Assembly: GCF_006345805.1 (NCBI RefSeq) | Contig: NC_042998.1 | Coordinates: 119,412,001 to 119,476,000, forward strand | Origin: Octopus sinensis | Taxonomy: Eukaryota | Length of the DNA: 64,000 nucleotides | Direction of reading: 5' to 3' | The notes under the pieces: model-generated | The model's database searches: none | Told to the model about the DNA's origin: nothing | Seen by the model: only the letters and a program-made list of their open reading frames with translations | Shown here: positions 12,702 to 26,259 of the stretch, in pieces | How positions within the stretch are numbered: the first letter of the stretch is position 1 | Layout: the number at the start of each line of letters is the position of its first letter | Program-made: the position numbers and the translations under genes

Positions 12702-13048
12702 TTATGAAGAGCAAAAATCATTAAATAATCTTTGGCTATCCCGCTTCACACACACAAACACACACACACATACAAAGTTTATCCATCATGTTTGCAAATT
12801 TAATTTCATAATGAAATTATATACTTCTGAAATAATAAATGAAGTTATGTCGCACAAAAATACAAGAATGGGACAACGAGAGGTAATGTGGAGAGGAGGT
12901 TAGTGAGAGAGGGTGCAGAGAAGGAGGGAGTGTGAGAGAGGGGGAAGAGAAAGCATGGGAGAGTGGGGAGAGAACAGACAGACAGATGGACGGACGGACG
13001 GATAGACAAACAGAGGAAGATTGGTAGATAGCGCGATAGATAGGTAGG

Positions 13049-13169
<121 letters not shown>

Positions 13170-13489
13170 TAGATTAAATTAGATTGACTGATTGATTGTT
13201 TGATAAAGGTACTTACCTAGATTCTGTTTCAGAAGGCATTCTGTAAACAGGATAAACAATACAATGAGTCAGAGTATTTGGATAACTTGGATTTAGGATT
13301 AGGATTGGTGGGTGTTTATCTATGTTTGATCAAATTTGTGTTGCTCTTGTTGATGATCATGATGATGATCATGAAAAGAAGGAAAGAGAAGAAAAAGATG
13401 ATGGGACAGGTAGTGGAAAAATTATGATGACTTATGATGGTGTTGTAGCGATTGTTGGTATTTTGATAGTGGTATGGTTGTCGTTGTCG

Positions 13490-13630
13490 CGATGGCGGTG
13501 GTGGTGACGATGGCGGTGAAGGTGGTGTTGGTGGTGGTGGTGGTGGTGGCGACGGCGGCGACGGCGGTGGACGTGGTGGTGGTGGTGGTGGTCGTCGTCG
13601 TCGTGGTAGTGGTGGTGGTGGTTATGGTGG
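13490..13630. repeat. Imperfect (GGT/GGC/GTC)n trinucleotide tract
   Basis: Direct observation; explains the poly-V/poly-H ORFs. Confidence 0.9.
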
Positions 13631-14389
13631 GGAGCAGTGGCGGCGATGGTTACAGTGCACCCCGGTGAAGATGACATAAATGACAGATTACGGGAGGTCA
13701 GCCGGTGAAACGTATACATCTGGGTGAAGATGACATAGACGACACATGTGAGAGGTCAACCAGTGAAACCTACTGTCAGCTCTACTAATGCACAAATACA
13801 CGGAGTTAAATATAGCAATGTCGTTTATAATCCAGCCATTGCAACATCGTTTGATTTGCTCATGACATTGCTGTTGTGTAACTTTCGTCCTACAAATATG
13901 ACACACCGCTTTTGTGTAATATTCCTGTTGTAATGGACTTCTTCACATAACTATGTCACATTACCGTTGCTCAGGCTTCTTTATATAATGTCGCATTGAT
14001 ATAGTGTAATATTTCTCTTGTATAGGTAGCTCCACATGAATATGTCACAATGCTGTTGTGTAAGCTTCGTGCAAGTTTCTTCATATAAATATGTCACATT
14101 GCTATTCTGTATATTCCTCTTATATGGGATTCTTATTTGTGACATTACTGCTGGCCAAGATAAGTGTAACCGTTTTATGTAAACATAATGCCACATTGCT
14201 TCTATGTAATATTTCTGTCGTATAGGCTTTGTGATATAAGTGATGCGATATAAATGTGTTACATTGCCATTTTGTAGGCTCGTTTGTGTAAATATTATAT
14301 TGTTATTATGTAGCATTTCTTCTTATGTAACAGAATATTACATAGTGTTGTCTAGGTTTATTCAAATAAATATAATATTGATTTCAAAT

Positions 14390-14580
14390 TGTGGCACGAG
14401 GCCAGCAAGTTCGAGGAGGGGATAAATCGAGTACATCAACCCTAGTACTTGGCTAGTAGTTATTTAATTGACCTCATAAGCATGAAAGGCAAAGTTGAAC
14501 TCAGAACGTAAAGGCAGACGAAATGCTGCAGAGCATTTTACCCGGTGTGCTAACAATTCTGTCAGCTCGCCGCCATTCGT
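14390..14580 (-). mobile_element. Degenerate SINE family B
   Basis: gaaaggcaaagttgaactcagaacgtaaaggcagacgaaat...cagctcgccgcc is the reverse complement of the family B head. Confidence 0.7.
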
Positions 14581-15473
14581 GTAAATAGAATGCTGCTGCT
14601 GCTGTTGTTGTTATTGTTGTTGCTTTTGTTGTTGTTTAGAAAAAATATGACTAAACGCATTCCAATCAAATCCATCCCATCATTTTAAGGCCCTATAGAG
14701 CATTATATGCATTATATATGCATTATCTAATGTATTCTCTCGTTATTTAACACTTTTTTTCTTTCTACTATAGGCACAAGGCCCGAAATTTTGGGGAATG
14801 GATAAGTCGATTACATCGACTCCAGTACTTAACTGGTATTTATTTTATCCTCCCCGAAGACATGAGAGGCAAAGGTGTGAATACAAGTAGTTACTGCCTT
14901 TGTGTACACAAAAATAAGGGAAGGTCCACCGAGCAGGATCATTGACAGCTCGTGAAAGAACAAGCACCCCTCATCTTCTTCTCACAAAGAGAAATATGGA
15001 AAATAGCTGTTTATATTTTTTGTAAACGTGAACTTAGCTGCAATGGTCTGGTTAAATTTGCAAAATGTGCGCTTGTTGATGACGTGATTAAGTAATCTGT
15101 ATGTGTGTGTATGTGTGTGTAATGCAATATATATATATATATAATAAAAGGCAGAAAATGAACACACTTTACATAGTTTTAACATATATACATATATATA
15201 TATATATTATACTTGCTGAATCATTTATTCACAAACCTCTCCACATACAGCATGGACTAAAATCTTCTTGAGGAAATACGAAATTACAATAATTTCAATG
15301 TAATGATCAGCGAAAGCGAAACCAGTCGACAAGCACAATATAAAATATATTTTAAAATATAATAAAACTATGTAAAGTGTGTGCATTTTCTTTCTTTTAT
15401 TTTATATATATATATTTTTGCATTACAAGTCACTACGTGAAGATAATCGAAATTCCTCTTTTTTCGTTATTAT

Positions 15474-15530
<57 letters not shown>

Positions 15531-15607
15531 GTGGAGAGTCATTTTCTTTTAGTGCCTAATTACTTAACACATTCACCGGTTCGATTTCTACTTATTATTT
15601 ATTTTTT

Positions 15608-15645
15608 CTAAAATTTTCGTTGCGTCTCGCAACTTCTTCAGTAAT
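15608..15645 (-). ncRNA. Minimal hammerhead-like motif of a third family (solo pLTR-like remnant)
   Basis: Minus strand UUA-CUGAAGA-A-GUUGC GAGAC GCAAC-GAAA-AUUU-UAG; intact core, 5-bp stem II, palindromic AAAUUU stem III, weak stem I. Confidence 0.45.
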
Positions 15646-15696
15646 CGTTGACTATTGACTGAAGCAAGTAAAACATAAAAGGTATATATATATATA

Positions 15697-16527
15697 AGGT
15701 GCGATGGGTAAATTGTTACCATTTTATATTTTAAATCCCGTGCATGCGCATTGTTTGTTTTTGATTTTGTCGATTACACAATATAGTAGGGTCAGTTGGG
15801 CACCGACGGTAAAGAAAAAAAAAACACTATGACACACATCCCATGACCAGAAATTTGGGAACGACATGCTGAACTGCTTGGCATTCACGCTTGAAGCTCC
15901 AATACGAACATTTCAGAGTGTTTGGGTGACAATCTGAGGACCGTGCAATCTGAAAACATATATCGAGAGTGATAAAAATCAAACATCCAGTCAACATCAT
16001 GGTGTTTGGAGTGATCACTAGTGATGGCGACGTTATGCCCCCATTCATCTACCCACACGGCCTCACACTCAACGCGGAGGCCTACATCAAGTACCTGGAG
16101 AAGGTAGTGCCGCCTTGGTTGAAGAGAATGGCTGCTGGAAGACTCTATCTGGCATCAAGACTCTGCACCATGCCACACAAGCAGGAAAACCTAGTCATGG
16201 CTGTCAGACAATTTCTGCAACTACATCATCATCTGGCTGCAGTTGAGTGAGAGACCAACAAAACTCCTTCCTTGTAACACTAAAGAGGAACTGAAGGCAA
16301 GGATTATGGCAGCAATTACCAACTTAAACAAGGAGACCATCCAGAAGAGTTGCAGGAGATTCCGAAGCCGTCTAGAGGCCGTGGTTGAAGCCAATGACGA
16401 TCTTATTGAATAATTTTAGTACTTCAGGATATTTTTATGGAATTTCGGTAAATATATCTGTTAAAATGAGATGTCAGTGTTATTTTAATTTTTGCGTAAT
16501 TTAGACAACGGTTTATTCACAGCACCT
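15697..16527 (+). mobile_element. Internally deleted Tc1/mariner-superfamily transposon (maT/DD37D-like)
   Basis: IMVFGVITSDGDVMPPFIYPHGL...QDSAPCHTS...SCRRFRSRLEAVVEANDDLIE*; imperfect terminal inverted match aggtgc.../...gcacct after TA. Confidence 0.8.
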
Positions 16528-16530
16528 TCT

Positions 16531-16584
<54 letters not shown>

Positions 16585-16609
16585 TTGTATTTCTCCGTCA
16601 TGTTGGAAA

Positions 16610-17600
16610 CAGCGTTCGAGAGCGTTAAAGAAGGAGTAAAGTTTGAGTACCGAACTGGTGGTGGCTTGTTCAACCAACAGCGCTTCAAAGCAAAAAACAT
16701 AGACTTTGGTGCAAACAGTTCCAGATTTGTTCTTCGCAGACGATTGTGCACTTGTAGCACACACTCTTGAGGATATGCAATGGATTCTTCTCGCATGTAT
16801 CGAGGACCTTTGGTCTGACCATCAGCATCAAGAAAACTGAGCTTGTCTATCAGCCCATTCGTTGACCATCTTACCGCTATTGTCTCTAATGTATATGTTG
16901 ATGGGAAAGCATTAAAAACTGTTTCCTCCTTCACTTATCTTGGTTCCGTTGTGCCCAATGATGTGAAGCTGGATAAATAAATCGAGACCAGAATCGGGAA
17001 GGATAGCTCCGCTTTCGGTAAGCTTTATCACAGGCTATGGAACAGCTACGACGTAACGTTGAAGGTGAAATTTATTGTATATAAGTCAGTAGTCTTGACA
17101 ACATTGCTTTATGGTACTGAATCTTGGACTTTGTGCCGAAAGCACATCAATCAGCTTGACGCTTCTCATATGCGATGCTTGCGTAATATCTCCAACATAA
17201 AACCGAGCGACCATATTCATAGCAGTGAGGTACTTGCAAAATCCAACATATCAGGTATTGAAGCCATCCTCATCAAAATACAGCTTAGATGGTCCGGTCA
17301 TCTTTCAAATAGGAGTGAGATCAGAATCCTGAAGCAACTTTTTGGCCAGTTGTCAGCAGGAAGGTCAGTTGGAAGGCCACTCTTGCGCTTCAAAGACAAA
17401 CTGAAAGGCAATCTGAAACGATATAACATTCCCTTTTCTTCCTGCGAAAACAGAGCATCAGAACGCAGGGCATGGCTCCAGACCTACTTCTCCTCAGTTC
17501 AAAAATTTAAGCAAAATCGACTCCAATACCGGGATCAATTTCATGCAAGCATGAAGGCACGCTGGCAAAACACTGCTCCTCTAGATGGAAACTTTAGCTG
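16610..17600 (+). mobile_element. 5'-truncated RTE-clade LINE (RT C-terminal part)
   Basis: LFFADDCALVAHT...FGLTISIKKT...FTYLGS...RIGK.SSAFGKL...YKSVVLTTLLYGTESWT...QLRWSGH; frameshifted. Confidence 0.88.
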
Positions 17601-17624
17601 TCTTTGTGATTTTTTACTTGTTTT

Positions 17625-17809
17625 AGTCATTTAACTGCGGCCATGCTGGCGCACCGCCTTTTGGTCGAATAAATGTACCCCAGGACTTATTCTTTGTAAG
17701 CCGAGCACTTATTCTATCGGTCTCTTTTGCCGAACCGCTAAGTTACGCGGACGTAAACACACCAACATCAGTTGTCAAGTGATCGTGGTGGACAAACACA
17801 GACACACAA

Positions 17810-17810
<1 letters not shown>
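17625..17810 (-). mobile_element. 3' half of SINE family A
   Basis: Reverse-complement match to 6060-6235. Confidence 0.75.
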
Positions 17811-17881
<71 letters not shown>

Positions 17882-18125
17882 GAATTCAGTTAGAGGTTAT
17901 GTTAGCCTCATGAAGGGATTATGTCATCCAAGGAAATACTGGTTCAATATTTAATATTTTGGGGATGGAGAGAATTGATTTCCTTAAATTAATAGGTGTG
18001 TATATAAACTGTAGTTTATATTCATATAAAGGAAAAAGAAAACGGAGTATCTCCATTTTCTTCTTCTCTTCTTCCTATATATATATGCGTGTATGTATAT
18101 GTATATATATATGTGTGTATATATA

Positions 18126-18190
<65 letters not shown>

Positions 18191-20159
18191 CCACACACAC
18201 ACGCAACACGTGTATTAAAAAAGTATTACGAAGTAGTTTTAAATCTTTAGTTGTGAAACTTAAAACAAATGTAAATACACCTTTGTACGAAGAAAAATAG
18301 AATATTGTCCTGAGTGTTAAACTTTGAGCATATCGTTAAGTGCACTAAACATGCGTTCACTCTTGACAATGTAGATCATTGAGTAAATAACGTGACGAGA
18401 TATGGCTCCAATCTGACTGAAAGGGAAGATCACACATATACAGCCCTGCAGTTGTGAGCACGTTGTACAGACAGACTGACGCGCTATGTTAAAAACGCTT
18501 TTTTTTTTTTTTGACAGAATATAGACACCTAACATTAATATACTCACCATTAAATCCAACACTGAAAACTAGAGCATGCTTCACTTTGGATTATCGATAG
18601 TACTTTCATAATCATCATCTTTATGTTTTCAGAAATAATTCTCTCATATATTAATGAATTGAAAATTAGAAGCACTTTATAAACGCGTATTTGAGGATTT
18701 GAAGAACATTTAATAGAATAAATGGACTGCAATGGAATTCACAAACCAAAATGACAGATTCGGGAACTGATGCAATCAATCTTCTACTATCGGATTTTAA
18801 TGTGTTTAAGGAAATTTTTCACACCTATGCCAATGCCTAAGACGGAATAATGAGATGAATACATTGGTTACGAGACAGGGTGTCAACGAAAACTTCAGTT
18901 TAAAAATGCATCCATCGTTTTCTTTCGCTTTCCTTCCATCTGATGAAATTTTAATCATTTGAAGAACCCAAAGAAATTTACCAACTGGTTCAAAAATAAT
19001 TATGCGCTTGTTTGGTACGAAAAGAGTTTCTCTCATATACGGTTTTTCTAAGAGTGCATGCAAAGTGTATTTATCTTCTGTACCATAAAAACAGTACAGA
19101 TGATGTGCGAATTTAACAGATTTTTTTTAAATTAGGCTTTGTGAACCAGGAAATTATCGAAGAAATATATGCTATATATATGGAGTTATATTATTTTACA
19201 CTAGTAAAACATTTTAACATAAGTTACAATCATATGTTTAAATATAGTAAACACCAAACATCTAATTAGAAATACTTGTCTGCTACGAAAAAGGTAACAT
19301 TAGCTCATTGTCTAATATTTTAATTCCGAACATGCTTCGGTATTATTAGATCTCCTCTGGGAAGCATAGACTTCAATTTATTATCAAAGCAGTAATGAGA
19401 AAATCACTCAGTAGATGGAGAATTTTTGTACTGGTATAGGCTTAGAAAACTAGTGTATTTTAAAAAGTTATACAACCGAAGAAAAATACTAAAAGACGAC
19501 TAGGTAATTTTCCTCATCTTACAAACATTTCAAACGAAGTTTTTAATATTCACTATATAAAATGTGCTAACACTAACTTAACTCTTGCTTTATGCAGATA
19601 GCCTCTCTGCATGATTAAACTTAGTGATTCATTTATAATTTAATATGGTACAAATATAGAATAAGCTCTGAGGTGTAATAGCTAACACCTTTACCCTGAA
19701 AGTGATTGATAAGAATTTAGATTCCCGAATGAAAGTCAGTTCTTGTCCTGTCTCAAATTAGTGCATATACAATTTTATATGATTAATATTGATAAATTTT
19801 AGTTTTAATTCATTATTGTAGAAAGACATGAAACAAAAGATTTAATATGGAAGAGAAAAAAATATTTTTGAAGTTCGTTCATGATTTTACTTTCTCGGTC
19901 ATTACGAGCAAATACGAAATGGAAGCAAGGAACCAACATGTTTGTATGTGTTTCATGATTATACTTTTTACAACAAACTTTTACAAGTTTATAAGAAAAT
20001 ATAACAAACAATTCCGATAATGATCTTTATTTAGATGAACTGACAGTAGATATATTTAGCATCAAAAGAATAAACCAGATTAGCGTAAAACATATACAAT
20101 ATATTACTGATTGTATAGCTTGAATACTTTTAAGTATATACGTGTGTGTATAAGCATAT

Positions 20160-21740
<1,581 letters not shown>

Positions 21741-21900
21741 TGTATGCATTTATGTATATATGTATGTATGAACGTATGGCAATTGTAAATGCAGAAAGAG
21801 ATCGTGAGAGAGAAAGAAAAGAGAGTCTTCATTATTGAAATAAATGATTTGTTGGTTCTTTTGATGTACAGTTCCTTCATGCCGAAGGTATGATGTATTT

Positions 21901-21951
21901 TCAGAATTTTGCAAACTTTGATGAAAATGACACACCTTTACAAGATGTCAC
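21901..21951 (-). CDS. FABP-like exon 4 ([16 protein letters not shown])
   Basis: Acceptor ttttctatttcAG; 16 codons + TGA, same length as FABP4 exon 4 (ECVMKGVTSTRVYERA) with KGV aligned. Confidence 0.82.
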   Translation of the reverse strand: MTSCKGVSFSSKFAKF

Positions 21952-22044
21952 CTGAAATAGAAAACATAATTATAATATTTATAGGGAAAAAACAGCCAAG
22001 AAGATACTTTAAAAACTTGTTGTAAGTGTACGTATGTATGTATG

Positions 22045-22078
<34 letters not shown>

Positions 22079-24508
22079 TGTATGTATGTATGTATGTATG
22101 TGAAGACTTTAAGACAGACTGCAGAAGAAACCTACATGGTCCAGCGGAGGAAAGGGCGGTCACAGCAAAGCAATGTGGAATGCAGAGAAAAAGATGAAGC
22201 AAATAAGACCTCCACTGCATTCATCTTCATATTCAATCGTCTTGCGCAAATCAAATCATCAGTCGTCTTTATGAGATAACCTGGTGATCCTCGTCGTTCT
22301 AACAGACCAACTTATGCATGCATGTATTCTTATACAGACGGAGCTAGTTTCTAAGGCAGAAATAGTACTCCATAGCTGGAATTCAGATGACTATAGTGAA
22401 AACTGCATTATGAAATTTTATAAAGTTTTGCATATATATTTTTACTACTTCGCTTACAGGGTGTGACTGCAAGCGCGTGACAGCTGATTACTTTCTTTGA
22501 CTGAAAGCGCCAGCTTTCCAAGAATTCCACTTAGATATTTACTGCACCAATAATTGTAAGTATAAATATGGAATTGTAAACTGACTTGAGAAACAATAGG
22601 TTTCGAGACAATTGATTGTAAATGTTATCTTTCTCACATATTTTGAAAGAAATTTTCACATCTGTAGGGCTACTAACTTCAAATATGTATAACTTCCTTA
22701 TTCTACAACCATCGGAGCGCCCCACACGAACGCTAGTTCGTGAGATGGTTGTGATATATAAACAGTTTGAGTAGGAACTGGAAAGAGAAACTATGAAGGC
22801 GCAATGCGCATGTGCATAGTGGATTCGTAAAACAGAAAAGAAAAAGAAAAACACAATGCGCATGTCAAAATAAAACAGAAGAGATGAATAAAGGACGGAC
22901 TGCGAATGTCTAACAAGTGATCTGGTGGTCTGCATGCCATGTTTGATACCACTATCACGCAACTTTGCTGCAATTTTCTTGTTTATTCTTTTTACCTTTT
23001 TATCACAAATAACCATATTAGACCTGTTATATTTGCATTTTGCGAAAGTTTTAATGGAAACAATTTTCCTTCTGTTGGAACTTTGTAAGCTTCAGCATAA
23101 GAAATATTTTCTACATTTATCTACGATATTTTCGACACTGCTGCCTGCAGATGACGTTAAATGTTATTTTAAGCTGCAACATTATGCCACTTGGGAAAAT
23201 AATACATTGACGACATTCTGTAGAATATCCTCTTTAGATACATGACGTAATCGATATTTCAAGCACCCATCTTGAAGATGTTTTAAGCTCTTCACGTTCC
23301 CTTTCGTGCAGTTGAAAATTTTTAGCTATATGCAGCTCTTCGAGCGCAAAAGAGTAACTTTTAATACGTGACCAACGTTTATGTTAACGTACATAAAATG
23401 TTACATTTCTCGATATTAGCATCATCCTTCAGTTTATGGGAAGCATACCGATACATAACCTACTTCTCTTTTTCTTATACAGAGTATTTCTCCTCCAGGT
23501 TTTTGTTGCGATACGCTACTCAGTAATTCTAGTATTTAAGTGGAGTCGAAATTCTGCGGAACAAAATGCTGGTTTCTCACATTCTGAGTTCAAATCCTAC
23601 CGCGGTCGACTTTGCATTTCCTCCTTCCGGGGTCAATAAATTTTGTATTAGTATAGGGCATTGGAGTGGTTCTTGACATTCTGAGTTCAAATCTCACGCT
23701 GGTTTATTTGTATTGTAGATTTAACCCGTTAACTTGTTAACAGCAATACCTTATTCTCTGTCTTAGCATCCGTTAACAGCGACACTTCATCCTCGAGTGC
23801 CCTTAGCGAAATCTACCTTGTCGTAAACATTAAGGCAAGGCTTTCAGTTTGTGCATATCCACCCTCATCCTTTCACCACTCTTGACGACCCTGAAAAAGA
23901 TGAGCATTACCCTTCCTCCTGACTAAATTCTGAAAATGTAGTTGTATGTATATATATATATAATATATATATTAAGTCAAAAGTTATCTGCACTTTCGCT
24001 ATAACATATCTCTATTATTGTCACATTGCTTCTGCGCATGCTTGCTTATAGTTGGTACTATTGTGGTCACATGATCGAAGTCTGAACCTGATCGTGCCAT
24101 TTCTCTTTCTGGCTGATCCGATTTCTCTGGTCGAAAGGTGCGTCAGGTGCTGAAATTCAGTGTATGAGTGGAACGAGAAGCTTAAAAGTGGCCGGACAAG
24201 CGTGACGCAAGAAAAGGGAGCAGGACGCCTATCAACCTCCATCGCTAGCGAGAAGATTCAACAAACTCGAGAGATGGTAATGGTGAATCGGTTCACCATT
24301 ATCATCTCTTAGATCACTGCTCTTTGTTCTTCTTTGGTGCACGTTGCTAGTCGGAGCGGCCATGCTTACACTGTAAAACCAGAAACAAAAATGGCGCGAT
24401 CAGGCTCAAACTTCGATCACGTGCGCAGAAGGCACTCTGAAAGTAATAAAGATATGTTATGGTGAAAGTGTGGATAATTTTTTAATTACCCTCGTATATC
24501 TACACACG

Positions 24509-24549
<41 letters not shown>

Positions 24550-24550
24550 G

Positions 24551-24646
<96 letters not shown>

Positions 24647-25005
24647 CGAGTTCATTGGGTATCCTAATATTACGTTTTCATCGCCGGGCTCGCAAACTGA
24701 CGCGAGATTATTGATTTTTCCTTTTTTTCCTCGTGACGTTGCTTCAGCAAAATAATCTAGATTTCGCACGATGTTCATAGAGATTTAAGGTCCCAGTCAC
24801 CTATTCTTGTTAGGAAAATATAATGTCTATATATGTACATTATTTACATTATTTACATTTGACGGATATTTATCCTCATCTTGTTTGTTGTTAACACAAC
24901 GTTTCGGCTGGTATATCCTCCAGCCTTCATCAGGTGTCTTGGGGAAATTTGGAACCTGGGTTCTCATTCCTAAGGTATTTTTCGATGTTGTTATTATTAT
25001 TATTA

Positions 25006-25075
<70 letters not shown>

Positions 25076-25591
25076 TAGTTTTATTTTTATAGCGTGCTTT
25101 CACTTCACTACCGAGCGCAGCTCTGTGTGCCTTGGGTATGTGCTGTGATTTGTTGTGATGCTCTGATGGTTATTGTATGGAAAGTGTTCTGCGTAGGATG
25201 TGTGCAGTGCCTAGTAGTGCAATTTTCTGTATGTTATATGTGTTTTTAAGTCCTGGTGTTTTTGTTATGTATTTGTCTGAATATTTTTTTATCATGCCTA
25301 ATGCAACTACTATGATAGGAATTGTTTCTGTTTTTAGATTCCACATTCTGGTTACCTCTATTTCCAGGTCTTTGTATTTTGAAAGTTTCTCCATTTCTTT
25401 TAGAGACACGTTGTCATCTGCCGGTGTTGATATATCAATTAGAAAGCATTTTTTTTCTTCATGATCTCTGACAACTATATCTGGTCTGTTGGCCTTAATT
25501 TCTCTATCTGTGCGTATCGGCATATCCCAGTATTTTAACATGGTTCGTTGCTGTTCTATTTTTAGTTTGGATTTCATTTATAATAATAATA

Positions 25592-25665
<74 letters not shown>

Positions 25666-26167
25666 TGACTGTCTGGTATCGAACTCGGAATCTTGGGTTA
25701 GTAGCCCGATTTCTTAACCACTACACTATATGCCCATGGACATATGACGTAGTGGTTAAGAGCGTGATAGAATAATAATAACGACAGGAATGAGAACCCA
25801 GGTTCGAAATTTCCCCCAGACACCTGAAGAAGTCTGGAGGATATATCAGCCGAAACGTTGTGTTAACAACAAACAAGATGAGGACAAATATCCGTCAAAT
25901 GTAAATAATGTATACACATTGTTGTTGAAATGTTCAGTAACGGAAGCAGTTTCCGATTCTTAACACCCATATTCGTTAAATTCTTGTAATGGCTAATTCT
26001 GAGGGTCGCGTGTGGTTGTCACAACAGGCATTGCAAAAATGTTCATTCACAGTTGTAAACACATTAATAGATGTATAGTGAATGAAGATACATGTATCCT
26101 TTAAATTACAATATTTTAAAATACGTAAATATATTAAGCGTTTTATTCTTATACACACGCACTTATA

Positions 26168-26259
<92 letters not shown>

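Larger units (their letters stand above)
24825..25736 (-). mobile_element. tRNA-head/(TAA)n/hammerhead module (minus copy), interrupted by an RLE LINE
   Basis: Head at 25662-25736 (minus: gtgtagtggttaag...gggctactaacccaagattccgagttcgat), TAA tracts, 3' part at 24825-24990 colinear with 47945-48090. Confidence 0.85.

Noticed and set aside
14982-15185. Possible alternative FABP last exon (..TFCKFNQTIAAKFTFTK)
   Set aside because: The AG acceptor gives an immediate in-frame TAA in phase 0; 21901-21951 fits far better
19320-19370. Minus-strand CAGAGGA...GAAGCATGTTC hammerhead-like relic
   Set aside because: Two core positions are wrong and stem II is absent
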